Shown here: positions 19,709-28,503 of the stretch, in pieces
How positions within the stretch are numbered: position 1 is the first letter of the stretch
How the letters are laid out: every line of letters starts with the position of its first letter
Virus record (IMG/VR): IMGVR_UViG_3300010218_000013
Coordinates: 1 to 54,543 of that record
DNA: 54,543 nt
Source: a virus
Lineage: Duplodnaviria; Caudoviricetes
Direction: 5' to 3' (one strand)
Notes under the pieces: model-generated
Database searches by the model: none
What the model saw: the letters and a program-made list of their open reading frames with translations, nothing else
What the model was told of the DNA's origin: nothing
Position numbers and translations under genes: made by a program

Positions 19709-20101
19709 ATGCAAACCTTCATTGACACAGCAACCCAACGGATCTGGGCGTTCGACGACGACGTCAAGGCGGTGGAAAGGGCAGGAATTTTCCATTTCGA
19801 AGATCAGTCCGGAAATGCCCTCGATACGCCGTTGACACTGCAACCGCACGACGTCGAGCAGCCCACGGCGGACGAAATGGCCGCGGCGAAGGCGGCGTCC
19901 GACTGGGCCATCTTGCAGGCATCAGCGAAGGCCGCACTGGACGCGTCGGACATCACGATTCTTCGCTGCTACGAAGCTTCGGTTCCGGTTCCTCCGGCAT
20001 GGACGACGTACAGAAAAGCGCTGCGCGCAATCGTCAGCGCCGCAAGCGGTGATCCGACGTCAGGACTGCCTGACAAGCCCGCGTTTCCCGCCGGCACCTA
20101 A
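19709..20101 (+). CDS. Tail fibre assembly chaperone
   Basis: WTTYRKALRAI..LPDKPAFP; follows fibre gene. Confidence 0.75.
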   Translation: MQTFIDTATQRIWAFDDDVKAVERAGIFHFEDQSGNALDTPLTLQPHDVEQPTADEMAAAKAASDWAILQASAKAALDASDITILRCYEASVPVPPAWTTYRKALRAIVSAASGDPTSGLPDKPAFPAGT

Positions 20102-20120
20102 CAACCATCCGCGCAATACC

Positions 20121-20143
20121 AAGCCGCCGCAAGGCGGTTTTCT
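20121..20143 (+). terminator. Intrinsic terminator-like hairpin
   Basis: GCCGCC-GCAA-GGCGGT followed by TTTCTT. Confidence 0.65.
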
Positions 20144-20158
20144 TATTTCTGGTGACCT

Positions 20159-22009
20159 ATGCCAACAGGTGAAGGCATTACGCTGGCTGAATTTAATCCG
20201 GCCAGTGGTTTTACGGATGACGATTTCATCTACATGACGAGCGGCGGCGCGACGGTGAAAGGCACCGTCGCACAATTGCGAGACGCGGTCGCCGCCAACG
20301 CCACTCGCGAAACGTTCACCGCTGGCCCGAACTTCACCGCGTCGATCTCCGGCAACACACTGACCGTGAGCGCGCTCGCGAGCGGCGTTCTCGCCGTGGG
20401 CCAGACGGTCTATGGGGCTGGCGTCGTGGGCAGCCCGACTATCACAGCGCAAGGCACCGGTACCGGCGGCGTGGGTACTTACACGCTTAGCGGTGCACCG
20501 CAGACGGTCGCGGGCGAGTCCATGGGGGCCGCGAGCGCCACTCAGTTCGCCCCTGGCTTCAGCCAGAGCGTGGCACTCGCTGGAACATACGGATCGGTCA
20601 ACAACATCCTCGTGCTGTTCGACCTTGGTATCCAGACTGACTGCACATTGGCTGGCCAAGTCCTCGGATTTAGTCCTGTCGTTCCCATTGGCGTGCAACA
20701 GCTCGTAGTCATCGGCGGTACTTCGCGGGCAATCGGCGCGCCGGCAGATGGTTCGGTGACAGATGTAAAGCTCGCGCAGGGAAGTAACGTCTATTTCGTG
20801 GTGAAGCGCACGGCCGATCCCCGCGCTTACGGCGCGCCGGGCGACGGCATCAACGACGACATGCCCGGCCTTTTGCGCGCGTGCGCAGCGAACCCTTGCG
20901 TGGAGTTTTCGCCGGGCACGTATGTGTTGAATCCGGGGACGCTCCCATCGACGCTCAAGATCCTGACGGCGCGCCCGGGCGTCGTGATTTTGCCGGGCCC
21001 ACTCGTCACCAAGGGGTCGTCGTTCTCGAACTGGATCACTGCGGCGAATCTGCTGAACGCAGAGATCAGCGGTCTCCAATTTCAAGCACCTTCGTCGGTC
21101 TACAGCGGCTTGACCGTATTGCTGGCCTCCGGTTGTTCGAACACACAGATCGAAGACCTAGTGTTGTCTGGTGCTGGTTACACAGGACTTTCCCTAGCGC
21201 TTGGCAAAAACAACAAAGTCAAGAGCTGCAACGTGTCCGACTACAGGGGCAACGGCATCTACGTGTCGGGCAGTTCACTAGCGTCGCCGGATGTCGGGAC
21301 GGAGATCGCTGGCTGCTATACCGGCGGCAATGGGACGTCGACGATTGCTCACGGCATTGCTGTCGTTTATGGGCTCGACTTCAACATGCACCACAACAAG
21401 TCCGAGAGTGCCGGGACATTTGGCTTCGCCGCCGCTTTTTGCGCATCGGGGATTATGGATGCCAACACAAGCTTTAATTCTGTCCACGAGGCTTTGAATG
21501 TTGAGGACAGCAACCTGATCAAGGTCATTGGCAATAAGGGGCGGTGGCCCGCCGGCGGCGGAAATAGCATCGATTTTGGGATGAGTTTCTTTGGCAATAC
21601 CCAGAACTGTATAGGGATCGAAGTCATCGGAAACGACGTGACTAATTCCGGTAGCAGCGGATTTGCGTACGCTGGTTCAGCTGCGGGTTTCGGCATCCAG
21701 CACTCGCCGATGCGCGCAAACAACGTTCTGAACTGCAACGCCAAGAAAGCTGGCGTCGCAGGTGGCGTCGATAACCGCGCAGGGATTCTCCTGACCGGTT
21801 CGCTTATTCAGTCCAATCCACTTGGCGGCAATACTGTCACCGATGTCGTTGGCACGCTGACTTACGGGTTCGCCGAGCTGAATCAGGGTGTCGGTACCCC
21901 ATCGAGCAACGAACTCGTTGGGAACAGCGCATTCGGAAGCTTCACCGGCGGCGCCGCTGCGTCGCTAAGTGCTTCTACGAAGGCGGCGGTAAATAACTGG
22001 CAACTGTGA
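20159..22009 (+). CDS. Tailspike/depolymerase with right-handed beta-helix
   Basis: YGAPGDGINDD cap motif, PGTY, Asn/Gly-rich beta-helix rungs. Confidence 0.85.
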   Translation: MPTGEGITLAEFNPASGFTDDDFIYMTSGGATVKGTVAQLRDAVAANATRETFTAGPNFTASISGNTLTVSALASGVLAVGQTVYGAGVVGSPTITAQGTGTGGVGTYTLSGAPQTVAGESMGAASATQFAPGFSQSVALAGTYGSVNNILVLFDLGIQTDCTLAGQVLGFSPVVPIGVQQLVVIGGTSRAIGAPADGSVTDVKLAQGSNVYFVVKRTADPRAYGAPGDGINDDMPGLLRACAANPCVEFSPGTYVLNPGTLPSTLKILTARPGVVILPGPLVTKGSSFSNWITAANLLNAEISGLQFQAPSSVYSGLTVLLASGCSNTQIEDLVLSGAGYTGLSLALGKNNKVKSCNVSDYRGNGIYVSGSSLASPDVGTEIAGCYTGGNGTSTIAHGIAVVYGLDFNMHHNKSESAGTFGFAAAFCASGIMDANTSFNSVHEALNVEDSNLIKVIGNKGRWPAGGGNSIDFGMSFFGNTQNCIGIEVIGNDVTNSGSSGFAYAGSAAGFGIQHSPMRANNVLNCNAKKAGVAGGVDNRAGILLTGSLIQSNPLGGNTVTDVVGTLTYGFAELNQGVGTPSSNELVGNSAFGSFTGGAAASLSASTKAAVNNWQL

Positions 22010-22022
22010 CCTCCATTCCGAC

Positions 22023-23003
22023 ATGAAAAAAATACTCACGTTTTTTATCGCCCTATGCGTGGCGGTCACTGCCTCGGCGGTGACGCAACTGCCAGTTCAA
22101 CTTCTGAATGCCGCTGGCTCGAGCGCCGGACAGGTGGTCACATCAACCGGTCCTTCGAGCGCTGCGGCGTGGGCATCGCTGCCGGCGAATGTTTCTGGCC
22201 TCACGGCCGGGACTGGAATTGGCGTCAGTGCGGCAACGGGCAATGTGACTGTTTCGCTAGCGCCGATTCCCGCGAACAGCGTACTTGCGAACGTCACCGG
22301 ATCCTCTGCGACGCCATCCGCGTTCAATATGCCGAGCTGCGGCACGTCGGCGAGTGCATTGAACTACACGCTCGGCTCCGGATGGAGTTGCAACACCGCG
22401 GTATTGGCATCGAATGTTTCGGGCACCGTCGCAGTATTGAACGGAGGCACGGGCGCGACATCTGCCAGCGCGGCGCGCTCGAGTCTTGGCGCCGCCGCAT
22501 CAGGGGCAAACACCGACATCACCAGTTTGAACGGGCCGGCGCTCGGCGCGGCCACCGCGACGACGCAAGGCGCCTCGTCGAATTCCACGCTGGTTGCGAC
22601 TACGGCGATGGTCCAATCGGCCCTGGCATCGCCGCCGTGTATTGGTTGTACGGCTGCAAATGCTGTGTCTGCGACGACGGTGACCCACAGCCAGCAAGAA
22701 GTAGACACAAGTTTCACGGTCAGTTCGCCCACCACGGGCGGCACGGTTACGATTTCGTCTGGCACGGAAACCGCGCTGATTGTTCCCGCCGGCACGCTTT
22801 CGACGCTGACTGTGGTGCTTCCCGGGTGCACGTCGGGATATAACGGCTCTTTGGTTCGATTCGTCAGCACACAAGCTGTGACGACGTTGACGCTCAATGC
22901 AAGCAGCGGATCGGTAATCGACCCCGTAACCACGTTGGCGATCGGGGCGGGGCACGCGTATCTGTGCCGTGGCGCGGCTACCGCGTGGTATCCGCTTTAC
23001 TGA
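22023..23003 (+). CDS. Ser/Thr/Ala-rich fibre-like protein with Sec signal peptide
   Basis: MKKILTFFIALCVAVTASA; NGGTGATSASAARSSLGAAASGANTDITSL fibre motif. Confidence 0.7.
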   Translation: MKKILTFFIALCVAVTASAVTQLPVQLLNAAGSSAGQVVTSTGPSSAAAWASLPANVSGLTAGTGIGVSAATGNVTVSLAPIPANSVLANVTGSSATPSAFNMPSCGTSASALNYTLGSGWSCNTAVLASNVSGTVAVLNGGTGATSASAARSSLGAAASGANTDITSLNGPALGAATATTQGASSNSTLVATTAMVQSALASPPCIGCTAANAVSATTVTHSQQEVDTSFTVSSPTTGGTVTISSGTETALIVPAGTLSTLTVVLPGCTSGYNGSLVRFVSTQAVTTLTLNASSGSVIDPVTTLAIGAGHAYLCRGAATAWYPLY

Positions 23004-23006
23004 CCG

Positions 23007-23798
23007 TCAGATGGGGCGTTTCTGGATTGCTAGAACGTCCTGCGCGTCCACCCACCCGCCCTCGTGGAGGGCGATTATGCGAACGCTCGGGTCTCGCTCT
23101 ATGAGACGCATAACCCATGAGGGCGAATTCACCGTCGTCCCAATTTCCAAAGGATCGGATGCATTGGCAGGGTTGTAGGGGACGAAACCAAAGCCTTGCG
23201 ACTTGAATGCCGCGCTAGCCGGTGCCCATGTTTCGGGCGGCACATGCGGTTTGGCCTGTTGGATGTTCTCGTGGCGCCGACCGTGCGTCGTCATCACCAA
23301 TACGCCGTCTGGTGCCAAAGAACCTAAATACCATCGCAGTGCTTGTTCGTATAGCCAGTGGTTCAGATGCGTGAACAACGATCCTACCCAGATAAGATCG
23401 AATTGCGGCGTCGGCGCGGCGCTGAAATCGATGTTCGGATCAACGGGCGTCGCGCCGAACGAATCCACCACGGCCTGCACCTTGTTTGGGTTCACGTCGC
23501 CAACATAGATCGTAGCCTCTGGCAGAAAGGCTGCGAGCTGGCGTGTCACCCGACCACCGCCGCACGGGAGATCCAAGACGTTTGATGCGGTAGATTTCCC
23601 GGCCGCTAGCATTGCCTCCGCGATCACGTCGATAGCTGACCGGCCCACCTTCAGGTAATGCTCCATCGCGCCGCGGTCCTCATATCCGTGCGCGAACATG
23701 TCTTCGTGCTTGGAAATTTCGGTCGACACTTGCCGCTTTGTGTAGTCGGCGTACCGGTCTGCGATTCCTGCCAGGATCTGCATTTTGTTTTCGCTCAT
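23007..23798 (-). CDS. Class I SAM-dependent methyltransferase (moron)
   Basis: VLDLPCGGGR, FDLIWVGSLFTHL, LAPDGVLVMT. Confidence 0.9.
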   Translation of the reverse strand: MSENKMQILAGIADRYADYTKRQVSTEISKHEDMFAHGYEDRGAMEHYLKVGRSAIDVIAEAMLAAGKSTASNVLDLPCGGGRVTRQLAAFLPEATIYVGDVNPNKVQAVVDSFGATPVDPNIDFSAAPTPQFDLIWVGSLFTHLNHWLYEQALRWYLGSLAPDGVLVMTTHGRRHENIQQAKPHVPPETWAPASAAFKSQGFGFVPYNPANASDPLEIGTTVNSPSWVMRLIERDPSVRIIALHEGGWVDAQDVLAIQKRPI

Positions 23799-23846
23799 GC
23801 TGTCTCCCTCGTTATGGTGTTGCAGCCAAAGCGGCACCTGCAGGGG

Positions 23847-24113
23847 CTACTTCGTGCTGCGCGCCTTGTCGAAGTAACCTTTGCACGCCTCATTCGCAGC
23901 CTGATTGCGCGCGGCCTTTTCTTCTTCTGTGCCCGGCGTGCCAATAGACCACACTGCCATCTCGCAACCGGTGTTCTTTGGCGCGTCCTCAGATGGAACG
24001 ATGGGGATCAGCTTGATCCAGTAGATGACGCAAATCACCCCGATTGAGATCAGGATGATCAGGCCAAGGTCGTTTACGGCCTTCATTCGTTTCATCGGGT
24101 GTTTCCAACGCAT
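23847..24113 (-). CDS. Small single-TM protein with Cys pair
   Basis: Hydrophobic LGLIILISIGVICVIYWI; exact start uncertain. Confidence 0.55.
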   Translation of the reverse strand: MRWKHPMKRMKAVNDLGLIILISIGVICVIYWIKLIPIVPSEDAPKNTGCEMAVWSIGTPGTEEEKAARNQAANEACKGYFDKARSTK

Positions 24114-24239
24114 ACAGACGATTCCCGAATGTTACCGGAGTCCGGAGACTTGACGGAATGACCTATTTTGCGAACTGCGAAACGAGCGGCGCGATAACCG
24201 CTTGCGAGCGCTGCGCCTTTTGCGATCTTCGCGATCAGC

Positions 24240-24420
24240 ATTGACGCGGGAGCCACAGCAGACGCGGCAACAGGAGAGGATGCGGCTGGCGCTGTTGCGG
24301 CGGACGTCTACGATGCTGGAAGGATCACCGCTGGGTGATCGGATTAGCAACTGCCATTTGTCCAGCTTTGCCGTCGCCGCCGCATGCGGACAAGGCTGCG
24401 GCGCAGCCGAGCGACGTGAC
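24240..24420 (-). pseudogene. Possible decayed lipoprotein gene remnant
   Basis: Lipobox-like AAALSACGGDG; Ala/Pro/Ser linker continues in another frame with an internal TAG. Confidence 0.3.
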
Positions 24421-24707
24421 TACGGCTGCTGCTCTCCACTTGGCGCCGGCGGCACGAACTCTGCCCCGGCCCGGCGCATCCTTGCGTAGATACGCTCGAG
24501 GGTTTCCGGATCCAGTTCGAGCTGCGCCATCAGCGTGAATAGCATCTGCGCGCTCATCGGCCGAGCATCGCGCGGGTTGGTGTATTTGCGCCAGTGCTGA
24601 TCGCCCGCAAGCCAGCAGAGATCCGCCATTTCCTTTCCCGTACGGCCGAGTTCCTTCTTCAGGTCGGCAAGGCTTTGCGCGGGAGGATGCTTGTAGTGAA
24701 TGGGCAT
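24420..24707 (-). CDS. Small HTH (XRE-like) regulator
   Basis: LADLKKELGRTGKEMADLCWLAGDQHWRKY. Confidence 0.75.
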   Translation of the reverse strand: MPIHYKHPPAQSLADLKKELGRTGKEMADLCWLAGDQHWRKYTNPRDARPMSAQMLFTLMAQLELDPETLERIYARMRRAGAEFVPPAPSGEQQP

Positions 24708-24797
24708 AACCGAGCGCGCGGCGCGCGCGAAATGAGAGCTTCATGATCGTCCTTTCGGGATAAACGGGACTCGCGAATGCGTTTCCCTATGGCGATG

Positions 24798-24826
24798 AAG
24801 ATAGCCCTAAAAGGGCTAGTGGTCAA
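24798..24826 (-). promoter_or_regulatory. Sigma70-like promoter with palindromic operator in the spacer
   Basis: TTGACC-17-TATCTT; TAGCCCT-AAA-AGGGCTA at 24802-24818. Confidence 0.65.
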
Positions 24827-24839
24827 GCAGATAGTAGAG

Positions 24840-24861
24840 GCCGCCTTCGGGCGGCTTTTTT
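24840..24861 (+). terminator. Intrinsic terminator upstream of lysis genes
   Basis: GCCGCC-TTCG-GGCGGC-TTTTTT. Confidence 0.75.
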
Positions 24862-24896
24862 ACACCCGCAGCACCGGCACACAGGAGATCGAGCCG

Positions 24897-25316
24897 ATGT
24901 CGGATTTTTGGAACGAGGGTGTGAAGTCGATCGTGACCGCCCTCGGGGGAATGGGCACGTTCTGGGTCGGCGGCCGAATGTGGCGGCAGATCGATCGGCG
25001 CCGGCAGGCGGAAAGCGAAGGCGGCGCCGAGATCGTGAAGGCGGATGCTGCCGGGCAGGTTGAATCCATCGCTCGTTTTGAGCGCCTCGCCACGCTGGCC
25101 GAGGAAAGGGCCGGTCGGGCCGAGCAGCGCGAACTCCTTGCCGTGCAGCGCGCTGATCGCGCCGAAGAACTGATGCGAGCCGCAGAGCGCCGGGGCGAAG
25201 AATCTGAGCGCCGTGCCCGGCAGGCAGAAGCGGAAGTGGAGGAGCTGAAACGCCGCATCGATCGACTTGAACTGGCGATCGGGAACCGGAGAGCGACTGA
25301 TGACGCAAATTCGTGA
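24897..25316 (+). CDS. N-terminal TM plus coiled-coil protein (holin/antiholin-like)
   Basis: AGGAG RBS; Gly-rich TM then E/R coiled coil; first gene of lysis cassette. Confidence 0.65.
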   Translation: MSDFWNEGVKSIVTALGGMGTFWVGGRMWRQIDRRRQAESEGGAEIVKADAAGQVESIARFERLATLAEERAGRAEQRELLAVQRADRAEELMRAAERRGEESERRARQAEAEVEELKRRIDRLELAIGNRRATDDANS

Positions 25317-25878
25317 CTGGCGTTGGTGGGTCTTCATTGCCTGCCTGATGGGCGGCTTTAGCGGCATGCTGGCCGCGGGCTATTTCCTCGGGCAGTGGGG
25401 CATGTCCGTAGAACGCGCCGACTGGGCCGCCGAGCGGGCCGCGTACATGAGGGGCGTGCCAATCGCTCGAGCTGAAGAGAGAGCTGCATGTATGCGTGAG
25501 TACACCGCGCAGATCGACGGCCTCAAAGCAACGGCGGCGGCGCGCGATGCGCTCGACAAGCAGACCGCTGCAGACGTCGCGGACATGAAGTCGCTGATGA
25601 AGACCACCAACGATCTGGCGGCTTATACGCTGCGATTCCTCGGCGATCGCGCGCGGGTCAACGACGCACAAAGCGCCGCAATGCTGAAGCAGGCTCGTGA
25701 GGCGGCCGTCGCCGCCACGGCCGCGCAGAAGACGACGGTGCAGGTCGAGCAGAAAGTGAACGTCGCGGCCGTGAAGGCCGACGAGGCGGCCAGCACTGCG
25801 AAGGCAGTCGACAAGAAACTCGACAACGCGACGCACGCGCCACTTCCCGCCAAGCCTTGGGCCGGTAGCTACCGCTAA
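25300..25878 (+). CDS. N-terminal TM plus Ala-rich coiled-coil protein (i-spanin-like)
   Basis: WWVFIACLMGGFSGMLAAGYFLG then long helix. Confidence 0.6.
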   Translation: MTQIRDWRWWVFIACLMGGFSGMLAAGYFLGQWGMSVERADWAAERAAYMRGVPIARAEERAACMREYTAQIDGLKATAAARDALDKQTAADVADMKSLMKTTNDLAAYTLRFLGDRARVNDAQSAAMLKQAREAAVAATAAQKTTVQVEQKVNVAAVKADEAASTAKAVDKKLDNATHAPLPAKPWAGSYR

Positions 25879-25922
25879 CCGGACTCAGCCAACTTGCGCG
25901 CGCTCGGCGCGCCGGAGATTCC

Positions 25923-26492
25923 ATGTCACCTGAAATGCTCGCCGCGGCGCTGCAGATTCCGCTCGCCCGCGCTTCGTTGTGGGCAGACCCGTTGTCGGCC
26001 GCGATGGCGCTCTATGCCATCGACTCGCCAATTCGACAAGCCGCTTTTCTCGCGCAATGCGGGCACGAGAGCGGCCGGTTCATCTGGTTGCGAGAGCTGT
26101 GGGGCCCGACGGCCGCGCAGAAGCGCTATGAGCCCCCTTCAGACAAGGCACGCGAACTCGGCAACACGCAACTAGGGGACGGTTTTCGTTATCGGGGAGG
26201 TGGCCTGATACAGAACACGGGTCGCTACAACTTCCGCGTGATCGGCCAGAAGATCGGGATCGACCTCGAGGCGGATCCCGATCGCATCACCCGTCCGGAC
26301 GTCGCCGCGCTCGCGGCGGGGCAGTTCTGGACGGATCACAACCTCAACGCCTATGCCGATGCCGGATCGTTTCTCACGCTGAGCCGCGCCATCAACCTAG
26401 GCAATGCGGCGAGCACCGCCATGCCCAACGGCATGGACGACCGTGTGCTGCTCTGGACGAGCTGCCGTATTGCGCTCGGCATCACCAGCTGA
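25923..26492 (+). CDS. Endolysin, glycoside hydrolase family 19
   Basis: AAFLAQCGHES, LGN..GDGFRYRGGGLIQNTGRYNF. Confidence 0.94.
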   Translation: MSPEMLAAALQIPLARASLWADPLSAAMALYAIDSPIRQAAFLAQCGHESGRFIWLRELWGPTAAQKRYEPPSDKARELGNTQLGDGFRYRGGGLIQNTGRYNFRVIGQKIGIDLEADPDRITRPDVAALAAGQFWTDHNLNAYADAGSFLTLSRAINLGNAASTAMPNGMDDRVLLWTSCRIALGITS

Positions 26493-26539
26493 ACCCTCTT
26501 TCATTTCGCCGCGATCGCGGCATCAACCAGGAGAGCAAC

Positions 26540-26857
26540 TTGAATTCGACGCAACTGATGAAATTCGCGGCCGGCGTGCTGTTGTTCGGCGCGTGGCTCG
26601 CGCTCGTGGTGATCGGCAAGGCGCCCGCCGATCACCTCATCGATGCGATCGCGCTGACCATCGCTGGTCTCGGGATCCACGGCGCCACCATGTCGACGCC
26701 CGGCGGCGCGGTGTCGGGCATCGTGCCGGGCGAACTGCTGGCGGCAACCGCCGAGTTCGCTGCAGCGCCGGTCGCGGCTGTTGCGCCGGCGCCTGCTTCG
26801 GCGCCTGCACCGGTGGCTGTGCAGGCGGCCGCAGCTGCGCAGCCGACCATCCAGTGA
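26540..26857 (+). CDS. Putative two-TM holin
   Basis: Two hydrophobic segments after endolysin; TTG start with AGGAG, second ATG at 26558. Confidence 0.65.
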   Translation: MNSTQLMKFAAGVLLFGAWLALVVIGKAPADHLIDAIALTIAGLGIHGATMSTPGGAVSGIVPGELLAATAEFAAAPVAAVAPAPASAPAPVAVQAAAAAQPTIQ

Positions 26858-27186
26858 TCCGGCGCGCGATCGCGCTACTCGCATGCAGCGCCATGTCCGG
26901 ATGCGCGTCGCTCTGGTACGCCGGCATGGCCCGCTATGAGATCGAGCCGATTACGGACGACGCCGGCGCTGCGACGAGCTGCTGCGTGCTGAAGGTGTGG
27001 AACGGCAAGCAGATGGCGACCGTCGACGCGACGTTCACGCGCACGGCGGCCGGCGATTACAGCATCTCGCTCCGGGAAACTGACGTTCAGGCCTTCCAGG
27101 GGCAAGCAACGGCCGCAGCAGCGGCATCAGACGTCGCAGCGGCCGCCGCCAGTGCAGCCGTGACGGCAATCAAAACCTTCAAATAG
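26854..27186 (+). CDS. Lipoprotein (spanin candidate)
   Basis: GTGA overlap; MIRRAIALLACSAMSG-C lipobox. Confidence 0.7.
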   Translation: MIRRAIALLACSAMSGCASLWYAGMARYEIEPITDDAGAATSCCVLKVWNGKQMATVDATFTRTAAGDYSISLRETDVQAFQGQATAAAAASDVAAAAASAAVTAIKTFK

Positions 27187-27194
27187 GAAATCCC

Positions 27195-27665
27195 ATGAAA
27201 CGTTTCTCCATGCTGCTCGCGGCAGGCCTTGTCGCGTCTCTCGCGCTGCTCGCCGGTTGCAACGGCACCATGCCGACGCTTTCCTTCCAGCAGGCGACCG
27301 CGCTCGTCTGCGCTGATGCAAATACGGCTGTCCAGATAATGACAGATGACGGTGTGTTCACCGGCGGCGCGCTGAACACACTCAATAACGACTTCAAACC
27401 CGCTCTCGAAAAGGTCTGCGCGGCGGGCGTAACGGTTACCAAGCCGAATCTGCAGGAACTCGTCGACGTCGGGCTGCCGTTGCTCAAGTCGCTGGTGAAT
27501 GCGTCGAGCCTGAAACAGGAGGCGAAGAACTCGGCCAATGCAGCCGTCGATGTGGTTACGCTTGCCGTCAATACGGCGATTGCGTTGCAGCCGGCAACGT
27601 CGACCGCGGCGCCTGCGGCACCGGCGTCGGCACCGGCTGCCGCGAGCGGTGCAATCGGATCATGA
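27195..27665 (+). CDS. Lipoprotein (spanin candidate)
   Basis: MKR...LALLAG-C lipobox. Confidence 0.8.
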   Translation: MKRFSMLLAAGLVASLALLAGCNGTMPTLSFQQATALVCADANTAVQIMTDDGVFTGGALNTLNNDFKPALEKVCAAGVTVTKPNLQELVDVGLPLLKSLVNASSLKQEAKNSANAAVDVVTLAVNTAIALQPATSTAAPAAPASAPAAASGAIGS

Positions 27666-28483
27666 GCAAACGGATCCGCGTCGCATTGAGCGGATCCGGC
27701 TTTCGCCTCGGCGCGCATCTCGGCGCGCTGCAGGCGATCGTCGACGCCGGCTACGAAATCGTCGAGCTCGCGGGAACGTCGGGCGGCTCGATCGTCGCGG
27801 GGATGTTCGCCGGCGGCATGAAACTCGCAGACATGCACGAGTTGTGCATGAGCCTCGACTGGTCGCCGATGATGCGCTTTTCGCCGTGGGCAGTCTTGCG
27901 TCACCAGGCGCTATGCACGGGAAGGGCGCTCGAGAAGTTCCTCGAGCAGGGAACGAGCGGCCGCACATTCGTCGACTCGCCGATCGATCTGAAGATCATT
28001 GCTGCGGACCTCCTGACCGAGCGCGAGTTTCTGTTCAGCCGCGCGACGACGCCGACGGTCCCGATCGCGGTGGCCGCGCGCGCGAGCGCGTCCATCCCGA
28101 TCGTCTTTCCGCCGGTCGCATGCTCCGGCGCACTGCTCGTTGACGGCGGCACATGCGACAACGTGCCGGCGAGCGACCTGACGGTCGACGCGGTGCCGCG
28201 CGTGGGCATCTACCTGGTGTCCGACGACACGCCGCTGCGCCCGGGCAATTACGGCCTGCGCACGCTCGCGCCGAGGATCATCGACTTGATGCTCGCGGCA
28301 AACGAGGCGGCGCACGTGGAGCTGGACATGAAGAACGGGGCGACTATCGTGCGGGTGCCGACGGGCTATGCCAGCTCGTTCGATCGGAACATGGCGCCCA
28401 CAGTGCGCCAGCGCCTGTACGACGATGGCTATGCCGCGGCGAAGGCGGCGATCGCCACGATCCAGGTATCTGACGCGGCATAG
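27662..28483 (+). CDS. Patatin-like phospholipase
   Basis: LSGSGFR oxyanion loop, GTSGG nucleophile, ASASIP, DGG. Confidence 0.94.
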   Translation: MSKRIRVALSGSGFRLGAHLGALQAIVDAGYEIVELAGTSGGSIVAGMFAGGMKLADMHELCMSLDWSPMMRFSPWAVLRHQALCTGRALEKFLEQGTSGRTFVDSPIDLKIIAADLLTEREFLFSRATTPTVPIAVAARASASIPIVFPPVACSGALLVDGGTCDNVPASDLTVDAVPRVGIYLVSDDTPLRPGNYGLRTLAPRIIDLMLAANEAAHVELDMKNGATIVRVPTGYASSFDRNMAPTVRQRLYDDGYAAAKAAIATIQVSDAA

Positions 28484-28503
28484 CCGACTCGCTGCTTGGC
28501 GCG

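Noticed and set aside
23007-23798. DNA methyltransferase or restriction-modification system
   Set aside because: No DNA-MTase catalytic motif and no adjacent nuclease.
27662-28483. CBASS system (CapV)
   Set aside because: No CD-NTase or Cap2/Cap3 nearby; the gene is coupled to lysis genes.
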